In this document: positions 16,621 through 25,491 of the stretch, piece by piece
How the letters are laid out: each line of letters opens with the position of its first letter
How positions within the stretch are numbered: the first letter of the stretch is position 1
Assembly (NCBI GenBank): GCA_902784035.1
Contig: CACZTH010000161.1
Coordinates: forward strand, 1 to 43,991
Reading direction: 5' to 3'
Length of the DNA stretch: 43,991 nt
Source: an uncultured Eubacteriales bacterium
GTDB taxonomy: Bacteria > Bacillota > Clostridia > Peptostreptococcales > Anaerovoracaceae
Made by a program: the position numbers and the translations under genes
Notes under the pieces: generated by a model
Database searches by the model: none
Told to the model about the DNA's origin: nothing
What the model saw: the letters and a program-made list of their open reading frames with translations, nothing else

Positions 16621-18965
16621 CCCGGCGAAAACTTCATATCTTCGGGATTGTCCAGGGGGTGGGCTTCCGCCCCCACGCGGCTCGGACCGCGGCGGATACC
16701 GGGGTCACCGGCACCGTCTGCAATAAGGGGCCCTATGTGGAGATCTTCATCCAGGGGACCCTGGCCCAGGTCGACCGCTTCGAGCGCCTGCTCCAGGACA
16801 GAGCCCCGGAACGGTCCCACATTCTCCAGGTGGAAGCGGAGAATGTTCCGGTCGAGCCCGGCGAGTCTGATTTCCGGATCATTCACAGCCAGAAGGTAAG
16901 GGGAAGGATCCTGGTTTCCCCGGACATCGCCATCTGCCCGGACTGTGAGCGGGAGCTCTTCGACCCGGAGGATCCCCGCTACCTTCATCCCTTCATCAAT
17001 TGCACCGCCTGCGGTCCCCGGCTGACCATCCTGAAGGGCATGCCCTATGACCGGGTGCGGACCAGCATGAGCCGCTTTCCCATGTGCCCCCGCTGTGAGG
17101 GCGAGTACACAGACCCGAAGAGCCGGCGCTATCACGCTCAGCCTGTCTGCTGCCCCGACTGCGGCCCTCATCTCACCGCCTTCCGGCCCGATCAGCCGGA
17201 GACCAGGAAGAAGGGGGACGCGGAGGTCATCCGCCTGGCCCGAAAGACCCTTCGGGCGGGAGGCATCCTCGCGGTCAAAGGCATCGGCGGCTTTCACCTG
17301 GCCTGCGACGCCCGGTCCCAGGCCGCTGTGGCCCGGCTCCGCCGCCTGAAGGCCCGGCCGTTCAAGCCCTTTGCCGTCATGGTCCGGGACCTGGAGACAG
17401 CGGCCCGGGAGTGTGAGATCGGCGGAGCGGAGAAGGCGCTGACCGGGCCGGAGAAACCCATCCTCCTTCTGCCGAAGCGGGCGGACGGGGCGGTTACCGG
17501 TCTCGCGGCGCCGGAACAGTCACGGCTGGGGATCATGCTCCCCTATACGCCCCTCCACCACCTGCTTTTCCGTTATCCGGACGGGGAGGGGATGACCGAC
17601 TGCCTGATCATGACCAGCGCCAACCCGAAGGGGGCGCCCATCTGCCGGACGGCGGAGGAAGTCCGGGACAGTCTGGGCGGCCTGTGCGACCTGGTGGTGG
17701 ACCATGACCGGGAAATCCTCCTCCGGGCGGATGATTCCGTGGCCGCCCTTTCCCGGGGCCGACTGTCCATGATCCGGAGATCCCGGGGCTACGCGCCCCT
17801 GCCCTTCACCGGCCCCGCCGGCGAACGGGGGACTGTCCTGGGCATGGGAGGCGAGCTGAAGAACACCTTCTGCCTGGCGAAGGACGGACTCTATTATCCT
17901 TCTCCCTATATAGGGGATCTGGCCGACCTTCGGAGCGTGGCCGCTCTCCGGCAGGCGCTGACCCGGATGGAGGACCTGCTGGAATTCCGCCCGGAGAGGG
18001 TGGTCTGCGACCTCCATCCCGCCTACCACAGCGCGGAGGAAGCGGAGGAACTGGCCCGGACCCGGGGGCTTCCGCTCCATAAGATCCAGCATCACTACGC
18101 CCATGTCCTGTCCTGTATGGCTGAGCACCGAGAGGAAGGGCCGGTCATCGGCGCCGCCCTGGACGGGACCGGGTATGGGGAAGACGGCACGGTCTGGGGA
18201 GGGGAATTCCTCCTGGCGGATCGGGCCGGCTATACCCGGCTGGGCAGCCTCCGCCCCTTCCCCCAGGCGGGCGGCGACCTGGCTCCGAAGGAGGGCTGGC
18301 GGCCCGCTTTCGGCCTGCTCCTGGAGGCCTTCGGCGGGGCAGGGGCGCCGGGCGCCGCTGAAGCGGCTGAGAAGCTGGGCGCGGAGCTCGGCCTGAACAG
18401 CCGTCCAGCCCTCCATGTCCTGAACCAGATGATCCAGGCGGGGGTCAACACCGTACCCTCTTCCAGCCTCGGCCGCTTCTTCGACGCGGCCTCAGCGGTC
18501 CTGGGCTTCCGGACAGCGTCCAGCTGCGAGGGGGAAGCGGCCATGGTCCTCCAGCACCGGGCCGAGCGCTGGAAGGGGGACATCCGGCCTCTTCAGCTGC
18601 CGGAAGTGGAGTTCGAGGGGGAGGGAGGCCTCTTCCGCCTGCCGGGAGGTCCGGTCCTGCTGGAGCTGGCGGACCGCCGTCTGAACGGTGAGCCGGCTGA
18701 CGGGCTCGCGTGGGCCTTCCACCGGGCGGCGGCGGAGATGACCGTCCGGGGGGTCTGCCTTTGTCAGAAGAAGACAGGCCTCAGGAAGGTGGTCCTGACC
18801 GGCGGCGTCATGCAGAACCTTCTGCTGCTGGAAATGATCGAGACGGCCCTGGAGGACCGGGGCTTCGAGGTCCTGACCCACGCCATGATCCCCGCGAACG
18901 ACGGGGGGATCGCGCTGGGCCAGGCCTGGTATGGAATGAAGAAAGGGGAACAGCTATGTGTGTAG
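16608..18965 (+). CDS. hypF: Carbamoyltransferase HypF
   Basis: Acylphosphatase domain GIVQGVGFRP, two Zn fingers (CPDC..CTAC; CPRC..CPDC), KGIGGFHL, QHHYAH, DGTGYG and PANDGGIALGQ. Alternative start 16617. Confidence 0.96.
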   Translation: MDNMTRRKLHIFGIVQGVGFRPHAARTAADTGVTGTVCNKGPYVEIFIQGTLAQVDRFERLLQDRAPERSHILQVEAENVPVEPGESDFRIIHSQKVRGRILVSPDIAICPDCERELFDPEDPRYLHPFINCTACGPRLTILKGMPYDRVRTSMSRFPMCPRCEGEYTDPKSRRYHAQPVCCPDCGPHLTAFRPDQPETRKKGDAEVIRLARKTLRAGGILAVKGIGGFHLACDARSQAAVARLRRLKARPFKPFAVMVRDLETAARECEIGGAEKALTGPEKPILLLPKRADGAVTGLAAPEQSRLGIMLPYTPLHHLLFRYPDGEGMTDCLIMTSANPKGAPICRTAEEVRDSLGGLCDLVVDHDREILLRADDSVAALSRGRLSMIRRSRGYAPLPFTGPAGERGTVLGMGGELKNTFCLAKDGLYYPSPYIGDLADLRSVAALRQALTRMEDLLEFRPERVVCDLHPAYHSAEEAEELARTRGLPLHKIQHHYAHVLSCMAEHREEGPVIGAALDGTGYGEDGTVWGGEFLLADRAGYTRLGSLRPFPQAGGDLAPKEGWRPAFGLLLEAFGGAGAPGAAEAAEKLGAELGLNSRPALHVLNQMIQAGVNTVPSSSLGRFFDAASAVLGFRTASSCEGEAAMVLQHRAERWKGDIRPLQLPEVEFEGEGGLFRLPGGPVLLELADRRLNGEPADGLAWAFHRAAAEMTVRGVCLCQKKTGLRKVVLTGGVMQNLLLLEMIETALEDRGFEVLTHAMIPANDGGIALGQAWYGMKKGEQLCV

Positions 18966-19168
18966 GTCTTCCTGCCCAGGTGCGGTCCGTGAAGGACGGC
19001 ATGGCCGTGGTGGACGCCACGGGGGCCTTGAGAGAGGTGTCGGCGGAGCTATTAGAGGACCTGGAGCCGGGGGACTTCGTCATGGTCCACGCCGGGGCCG
19101 CCATCGCGAAGATCAGCCAGGACGACGGCGCTGAGGCCGACGCGATCCTGAAGGAGCTGGGCGAATGA
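18956..19168 (+). CDS. hypC: Hydrogenase maturation chaperone HypC
   Basis: MCVGLPAQV N-terminus (Cys2) and GDFVMVHAGAAI; RBS AAAGGGG. Confidence 0.94.
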   Translation: MCVGLPAQVRSVKDGMAVVDATGALREVSAELLEDLEPGDFVMVHAGAAIAKISQDDGAEADAILKELGE

Positions 19169-20229
19169 GCGCGCGGGATGTCATTCAGCGGGCCCTCGGC
19201 GTGATCCGCCGCTATGACGGCCCGCCAGTCCGGATCATGGAGGTCTGCGGGACCCATACCCATGAGATCTTCCGGCTGGGCATCCGGGGACTGCTGCCGA
19301 ACCAGGTCCGTCTCATTTCCGGGCCGGGCTGCCCCGTCTGCGTGACCCCGGTGGGGTACATCGACGAAGCCATCTGGCTGGCCCTGGAGAAGGGATGCGT
19401 GATCGCCACCTTCGGGGACCTGATCCGGGTGCCGGGGACGGAGATGAGCCTGGCAGACGCCCGGGCCAGGGGAGCGAGGGTGGAGACGGTCTATTCGCCG
19501 CTGGACGCCCTGAAGCTGGCGAAGGAGGAGCCGGACCGGGAGGTGGTCTTCCTGTCGGTGGGCTTCGAGACCACCACGCCCTCCTCGGTCATCAGCGTCC
19601 GGAACGCGGAGGAGCAGGGGGTCCGGAACTATACCATCCTGACGGCGAATAAGACCATGGACAATGCCTACCGGGCCCTGAAGGGGTCGGCGGACGCTTT
19701 CCTCTATCCCGGCCACGTCAGCACCATGACCGGGACAGCCATCTACCGGGAGCTCCTGGAGGAGGGCGTTTCCGGCGTGGTCACCGGCTTCACCGGCGCG
19801 GAGCTTCTTTCGGCGCTGGCGGTCATCCTCCGGCGGCTGCCGGAGGGGAAGCCCTTCTTCGTCAACGCCTATCCCCGGGTGGTCACGGACGAGGGCAGTC
19901 CGGCCTCCCGGGACCTCGTCCGGCGGTTCATGGAGCCGGTTGATTCCGAGTGGCGGGGGATCGGGGTGATCCCGGACTCCGGCCTTCAGCTGAGGGAGGC
20001 GTACGCCGCCTTCGACGCCCGGAAGAAGCACGACGTTCCCCCGATCCGGGGCCGGGCCAATCCCGGCTGTCACTGCGGGGAGGTCCTCCGGGGCAGCATC
20101 CGGCCGGACCAGTGCCCGATGTTCGGTAGGGCCTGCACGCCGGTCCATCCGGCCGGGGCCTGCATGGTGTCCAGCGAGGGCGCCTGCGCCGCTTTTTATA
20201 AATATGACCTGAGACAGGAGCAGCAATGA
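19165..20229 (+). CDS. hypD: Hydrogenase maturation protein HypD
   Basis: MEVCGTHT, GPGCPVC, GFETT, PGHVS and the C-terminal FeS motif ending GACMVSSEGAC. Confidence 0.96.
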   Translation: MSARDVIQRALGVIRRYDGPPVRIMEVCGTHTHEIFRLGIRGLLPNQVRLISGPGCPVCVTPVGYIDEAIWLALEKGCVIATFGDLIRVPGTEMSLADARARGARVETVYSPLDALKLAKEEPDREVVFLSVGFETTTPSSVISVRNAEEQGVRNYTILTANKTMDNAYRALKGSADAFLYPGHVSTMTGTAIYRELLEEGVSGVVTGFTGAELLSALAVILRRLPEGKPFFVNAYPRVVTDEGSPASRDLVRRFMEPVDSEWRGIGVIPDSGLQLREAYAAFDARKKHDVPPIRGRANPGCHCGEVLRGSIRPDQCPMFGRACTPVHPAGACMVSSEGACAAFYKYDLRQEQQ

Positions 20230-21230
20230 ACGAAAGAATTACGCTGGCCCACGGAGCGGGGGGAATCCAGACCTCCCAGCTCATCGGCGGCCTGTTTGAG
20301 AAATACCTGGGCGGCCCCCATTTCACGAAGGATGACGCGGCGGTTCTCCCGTCTCCCCAGGGGCAGCTCGCCATGAGCACCGACGGCTTCATCGTGTCCC
20401 CGGCCTTCTTCCCCGGCGGCAATGTGGGCAAGCTGTCCATCTGCGGCACAGTGAACGACCTGGCCTGCATGGGGGCGAAGCCCCTTTACCTGACCTGCAG
20501 CTTCATCATCGAGGAGGGTTTTCTCTATGATGACCTGGAAAGGGTAGTGGCCGCCATGGCCGAGACCGTAAACAGGGTGGGCTGTGAGATCGTGGCCGGC
20601 GATACGAAGGTGGCCGGCAAGGGCCAGGCCGATGGGGTCTTCATTACCACCACCGGGGTCGGGGCCCTTACCCCCGGCGCGGCGCCTGCGGGCAGCCGGG
20701 CCAGACCCGGGGACGCGGTCCTGGTGACCGGCGACGTGGGCCGCCACGGCTGCACCATTCTCCTGGCCCGGAACAGCTTCGGCATCGACGCTGACGTGAC
20801 GAGTGACTGCGCGCCGCTCTGGGCGCCGGTCCGGGATATGCTGGCCGTGACGAAGGACATCCACGTGATCCGGGACGCCACCCGGGGCGGAGTGGGAACA
20901 GTCCTCTATGAGGTGGCCGGCGAGAGTCAGGTCGGCATCCGCCTCCGCCGGGCAGACGTCCCCGTGAAGGACGAGGTCCGGGGGGTCACCGGCATGCTGG
21001 GCCTGGATCCCCTCTACCTGGCCTGCGAGGGCTGCATGGTGGTCATCTGCCCCCAGGAGAAGGTTCCCGCCGTTCTGGAGGCCCTCCGGCGGCACCCGGA
21101 AACGAAGGACGCGGCCCAGATCGGGACCGTCACGGAAGAGCAGAAGGGCAGGGTCGTGGTCGAGACCGAAGTCGGCGGAGAGACCCTCCTGTCCCGGCCA
21201 ACCGGTGAGCTCCTGCCGCGGATCTGCTGA
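20226..21230 (+). CDS. hypE: Carbamoyl dehydratase HypE
   Basis: LAHGAGG, GTVNDLA, GDTKV, RDATRGG and C-terminal LPRIC (thiocyanate-carrying Cys). Confidence 0.96.
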   Translation: MNERITLAHGAGGIQTSQLIGGLFEKYLGGPHFTKDDAAVLPSPQGQLAMSTDGFIVSPAFFPGGNVGKLSICGTVNDLACMGAKPLYLTCSFIIEEGFLYDDLERVVAAMAETVNRVGCEIVAGDTKVAGKGQADGVFITTTGVGALTPGAAPAGSRARPGDAVLVTGDVGRHGCTILLARNSFGIDADVTSDCAPLWAPVRDMLAVTKDIHVIRDATRGGVGTVLYEVAGESQVGIRLRRADVPVKDEVRGVTGMLGLDPLYLACEGCMVVICPQEKVPAVLEALRRHPETKDAAQIGTVTEEQKGRVVVETEVGGETLLSRPTGELLPRIC

Positions 21231-21308
21231 ATAAGGCGGCCGCGGCGGACGGTCCTCCCGCCGGGAGGCTATTATCCTATCCTACAGTTTAGAGAGATCG
21301 GAGAAGAG

Positions 21309-22154
21309 ATGTATAAACTGGCATTCTATGGAAAGGGCGGCATCGGAAAATCCACCACTGTGTCGAATGTGGCCGCCTGCCTGGCGGAGAGGGGACTTCG
21401 GGTCATGCAGATCGGCTGCGACCCGAAGGCGGACTCCACCATCGACCTCCGGGGCGGCGCCCCCAAGCTGTCTGTCATGCAGCTTCTTCGAGAGAAGAAC
21501 CGGGCCGCGCCCCTGGACGAGCTGGTGACCACCGGTTACAACGGGGTCCTGCTGGTGGAGGCGGGAGGACCGACCCCGGGCTTAGGCTGCGCCGGCCGGG
21601 GGATCATCGCCGCCCTGGAGCTTCTGGACGAGAAAAAGGCCTACGAGGTCTACCAGCCTGACGTGGTCCTGTTCGACGTCCTGGGCGACGTGGTCTGCGG
21701 CGGCTTCTCCATGCCCATCCGGGAGGGATACGCCGACCAGGTCTTCATCCTGACCTCCGGCGAGGCCATGTCCTGCCACGCCGCCATGAACATCGCCGTG
21801 GCCGTGGACACCTTCCGCCAGCGGGGCTACGCCTCCCTGGGCGGGATCATTCTGAACCGGAGGAACGTCCGGGATGAGGACGCCCGGGTGGCCAGGCTCT
21901 GCGAAGACACCGGCACCTCCCTGGTGGGGTCCCTGGACTTCTCTGAGACGGTCCAGGACGCCGATGAGATGCGGAAGACGGTGATCGAGGCCTTCCCGGA
22001 CAGCGCCGCCGCTGACATGTACCGGATCCTGGCGGGGGACCTGATCGCCCGCGCCCGGGTCAACGCGGAGGCCGCCGCCCTGGATCCCGATGGCGACAGT
22101 TACGTGACCCCGGCGGGCATCCGGCGCTTCCGCGAGGAAGGAGGCCTGGCATGA
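21309..22154 (+). CDS. Nitrogenase Fe-protein-like ATPase/reductase, copy 2
   Basis: [34 protein letters not shown] and [11 protein letters not shown]. Confidence 0.93.
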   Translation: MYKLAFYGKGGIGKSTTVSNVAACLAERGLRVMQIGCDPKADSTIDLRGGAPKLSVMQLLREKNRAAPLDELVTTGYNGVLLVEAGGPTPGLGCAGRGIIAALELLDEKKAYEVYQPDVVLFDVLGDVVCGGFSMPIREGYADQVFILTSGEAMSCHAAMNIAVAVDTFRQRGYASLGGIILNRRNVRDEDARVARLCEDTGTSLVGSLDFSETVQDADEMRKTVIEAFPDSAAADMYRILAGDLIARARVNAEAAALDPDGDSYVTPAGIRRFREEGGLA

Positions 22155-23698
22155 TCATCGATCTTCATCAGGCGGAGAAGGACGACAAAGACCGCCCGTC
22201 AGACGCCCAGACAGACGCCCTGTCAGACGTCTACCCAGACCCCCGGGCAGACGTCCAGACAGCCTCCGCGGATCGGGCGGAGCTTCCCCTGGGCCAGGTG
22301 GACAGCCTGACGCCCTTCAGAGCCGGCATCGAATATTCCCCGCCCGCCCGGGGGACCTGGACCATCGCCCATACCCCCTTCCTGGTGCCGGAGAGCCGGC
22401 AGATCTTCGTCTGCCCGGAAGGCTGCCTCCGGGGGGTGGTCCTGTCCGCCGCCGAGTGCGGGGGAACAGACAGGTTCTCTGTCGTGGCCGTGAAAGAAAA
22501 GGATCTTTACGAGGGCGATATGGAGGGACTCTCCATCGAGGGCGTCTCGGATATCCTGTCCCGGTGCGATCCGCTCCCGAAGGTCTGCTTCGTCTTCACC
22601 GCCTGCATCCACCACTTCCTGGCCCTGGACCGGAAGCTGGTCTTCCAGACCCTCCGGGACCGTTTCCCCCAGGTGGACTTCCTGGAATCCAACATGAACT
22701 GCACCATGCGGAAGTCCAGGCTGAATTATGAAGAGGTTCAGTGGCGGCAGAACTACGCCGGCCTCCACGGTTCCCCGGAAGAACCGAAGGACCCCCGCCA
22801 GGTGAATATCATCGGCAGCTACTACGCGACGGACGAGGCTTCGGGCCTTCTGGAAATGCTCCGGGCCGGCGGGGTCCGGGTCCTGGATCTGCCCCGGCTG
22901 AAGACGTACGGAGACTACCGTCAGATGGAAAAAAGCGCCTGGAACATCTGCCACTGGCCTGTGGCCAGGGAGGCCTGCCGGGATCTTTCCGCCCGGCTTG
23001 GACAGCGGGAGCTGTATCTTCCCTATACCTGGGACCCTGCTGAGATCACCGAGCTTCTGAAAAAGGCCGGGCAGGCCCTGGCCTGCCCGGTCCCGGAGGA
23101 CCTGCCCCAGCGGTCCGCCCGGGCCCTGGACCGCCTCGCCCGGGTCGGCGCGCGCTTCCGCGCCGGCGGCGCGGAAGTCGGCGTGGACGGGGTGTCCACG
23201 CCCAGGCCGTTCGGCCTGGCGCGCCTGCTGACCGAGGCTGGGTTCCCGGTCAGGATCATCTACGCCGATGCTGTGGCGCCGGAGGACGCGCCGGCTTTCC
23301 GGGCTCTCCGGGAGACCCATCCGGAGATCATGATGAGCGCCATGGTCGATTTCCGGCTCCGGCTCCGTTCCCGGGACCTGGCTGCCCGGGCGGCCGAAGA
23401 AGGAAAGCGGTTCGTGGCGGTCGGCCAGCGGGCAGCCTACTTCTCCGGCACAGATTACTTCGTGAACATGGTGGCGAACGACGGGCTCTGGGGATTTCGG
23501 GGTATCGAGGCCCTGGCGGACAGGCTGGACAGCGCCTTCCGCCGGTCGAAGGACCCCCGCCGGGTCATCCAGGTGAAAGCCAGGGGCTGCGACCCCTGTC
23601 CGGGTGCCGGCGATGTCTACCAGCCCGGACCGGAGATCAGCGCCGCTTTTCGTTCAATCCCGGCGAATTCTGAAGAAGGAAGGGGGCGGTCCCGGTGA
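22151..23698 (+). CDS. Nitrogenase component-1-like oxidoreductase, D/alpha-type subunit, copy 2
   Basis: EYSPPARG, FVCPEGCLRG, VKEKDLYEG, TACIHHFLALD, VNIIG and WGFRG; parallels 14048-15370 motif by motif. Confidence 0.82.
   Translation: MIIDLHQAEKDDKDRPSDAQTDALSDVYPDPRADVQTASADRAELPLGQVDSLTPFRAGIEYSPPARGTWTIAHTPFLVPESRQIFVCPEGCLRGVVLSAAECGGTDRFSVVAVKEKDLYEGDMEGLSIEGVSDILSRCDPLPKVCFVFTACIHHFLALDRKLVFQTLRDRFPQVDFLESNMNCTMRKSRLNYEEVQWRQNYAGLHGSPEEPKDPRQVNIIGSYYATDEASGLLEMLRAGGVRVLDLPRLKTYGDYRQMEKSAWNICHWPVAREACRDLSARLGQRELYLPYTWDPAEITELLKKAGQALACPVPEDLPQRSARALDRLARVGARFRAGGAEVGVDGVSTPRPFGLARLLTEAGFPVRIIYADAVAPEDAPAFRALRETHPEIMMSAMVDFRLRLRSRDLAARAAEEGKRFVAVGQRAAYFSGTDYFVNMVANDGLWGFRGIEALADRLDSAFRRSKDPRRVIQVKARGCDPCPGAGDVYQPGPEISAAFRSIPANSEEGRGRSR
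22190..22261 (+). repeat. Six degenerate 12-bp in-frame tandem units (GACnnCnnnnCA)
   Basis: Encodes DRPS-DAQT-DALS-DVYP-DPRA-DVQT in the N-terminal extension of the D-like copy 2. Confidence 0.65.
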
Positions 23699-25047
23699 AA
23701 CAGGCGAAAATCGTCACCTCGGTCTATTCGGTGGATCTGTTCGGGATCTGCTCCCTCCTCTATGAGCTGGGGGGCCTGATCGTCATGCACGACGCCAGCG
23801 GCTGCAATTCCACCTACGCGACCCACGATGAGCCGCGCTGGTACGACATGGACAGTATGATATACATCTCGGGTCTCACGGAATTCGACGCGGTCATGGG
23901 AAATGATGAAGGCTTCATCGAGGATGTCCTGGAGATCGCCCGGGAGCGGCACCCCCGCTTCATCGCGGTCTTCGGGTCTCCGGTGGCCATGATCATGGGC
24001 ACAGATTTCCGGGGGATCGCCCGGATCATCGAGCGGCGGTCGGGCATTCCCTGCTTCGGTTTCGAGACTTCCGGCATGCGGACCTACGTGTCCGGTGCGG
24101 CTCAGGCCATGACCGCCCTGGTCCGCCGCCTTCTGGCGGAGCCGGAAGCGTTCGGGATAAGGGCGCCGGCCGGTACCCCGTCCTCCCCGGCTTTCTCCCC
24201 CGCGTCCGTTCCGGAGGCGGCGGCTGGCCAGCCTTATCAGGTCCGGGACGGGGCCGCCGCGGGCGGGGGGCCGGCTGACCGACCCCTTCGGATCAATCTT
24301 CTGGGGGTCACGCCCCTGGACTTCTCTGTCATGGGCAATGTGGCTGCCCTCCAGGCCTGGTGCCGGGAGATGGGTTTTCAGGTCTGGACCACCTGGTGTA
24401 TGGGCGATTTCCTCGAGGATCTGGCCCGGGCGCCGGAGGCGGACGTGGACCTGGTCTGCTCGGCCATGGCCCTGCCGGCAGCGAAGGAGCTTCAGGTCCG
24501 GTACGGGATCCCCTATGTGATCGGCCTGCCCTATGGGACAGGGGCCGGGAAGGCTCTGGCGAGGGCCATCCGCCGGGCGGCGGGAGCCAGGAACGGCGGC
24601 CTGAGCGGGGAGCGGGATGAATGTTTCTCCCCGGACATTTTCGGTACTTCTGAAGGGGGAGAGGCCTGCCTGTCGGGGTCTCCGAAGATTCTCCTGATCG
24701 GGGAGCCGGTGGCCTGCGGCAGTCTGAGGGTCAGCCTGGAAGCGGCCGGGGCCGGTGTAGTCCGGCTGGTCGACCCCCTGGAGGATCTGGGGGTTCCTCT
24801 TCGGCCGGGGGATGTCCGCACGGACGCGGAGGAGGACCTCCGGCGGCTGATCGGGGAGGCGGACCTGGTCATCGCGGACCCGCTCTATAGACGCCTCCTC
24901 CCGGAGGCGGACCAGGGAAAACTGATCCGCCTGCCCCATGAGGCTTATTCAGGCCGGATGTACCGGGCGGAGATCCCGGTCCTGGTGGGGGAGGCCTGGG
25001 ACCGGTGGCTGGAGAAGAAGCTGCCGCCCGCCTTCCGCCGGGCATGA
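23695..25047 (+). CDS. Nitrogenase component-1-like oxidoreductase, K/beta-type subunit, copy 2
   Basis: HDASGCNST..HDEPRW, DAVMGND, GSPVAMIMGTDF, INLLGVTPLD and IADPLY; parallels 15367-16620. Confidence 0.82.
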   Translation: MKQAKIVTSVYSVDLFGICSLLYELGGLIVMHDASGCNSTYATHDEPRWYDMDSMIYISGLTEFDAVMGNDEGFIEDVLEIARERHPRFIAVFGSPVAMIMGTDFRGIARIIERRSGIPCFGFETSGMRTYVSGAAQAMTALVRRLLAEPEAFGIRAPAGTPSSPAFSPASVPEAAAGQPYQVRDGAAAGGGPADRPLRINLLGVTPLDFSVMGNVAALQAWCREMGFQVWTTWCMGDFLEDLARAPEADVDLVCSAMALPAAKELQVRYGIPYVIGLPYGTGAGKALARAIRRAAGARNGGLSGERDECFSPDIFGTSEGGEACLSGSPKILLIGEPVACGSLRVSLEAAGAGVVRLVDPLEDLGVPLRPGDVRTDAEEDLRRLIGEADLVIADPLYRRLLPEADQGKLIRLPHEAYSGRMYRAEIPVLVGEAWDRWLEKKLPPAFRRA

Positions 25048-25108
25048 GCAGGAAAGGAGCGCGGACCGGGCCCTTTTCCCTTTTGTTTAACTATATGGAT
25101 GGATATAG

Positions 25109-25147
25109 AAAGGCTCCAGCCGCTCTGATAAGCGGCCGGGGCCTTTT
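25109..25147 (+). terminator. Probable terminator closing the nitrogenase-like/hyp operon
   Basis: AAAGGCTCCAGCCGCT-CTGATA-AGCGGCCGGGGCCTTTT hairpin. Confidence 0.6.
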
Positions 25148-25491
25148 CGCGCTTCCCGTTGTCTGGCGGGAGGTTTTCGATTACGCGGGCGGCTGTGGGG
25201 ATCGGGAAAGGCGGGACCTGCGGCTGTGAAACGGCGATTCTTTCGACTTAACAGAATCGCGGCGAAGAATTTACAGAATTTTCACAATGGGCGAAAGCCG
25301 CATGAAATAAGGGGCCGCGGCATTTCACTCCTTCGGAGGGGCCCGGGATGTCCGTGAAACCCCTTCCCCCTGACCGGATGGTATGATAGTCTTTTTATGC
25401 AGAAACTAAAGAGAGAAACGGCAAGAAGGCCGTCTTCCCTCCCGCCCGCTCAGGAAGCGGACTGTCCTGTCGCGTTATTAAGAGGAACATC

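Noticed and set aside
13127-25047. Calling the island a nitrogen-fixation (nifHDK/ENB) cluster
   Set aside because: P-cluster cysteine sets are incomplete, no FeMoco ligand motif is visible, and there is no nifB or PII gene, so nif symbols were withheld.
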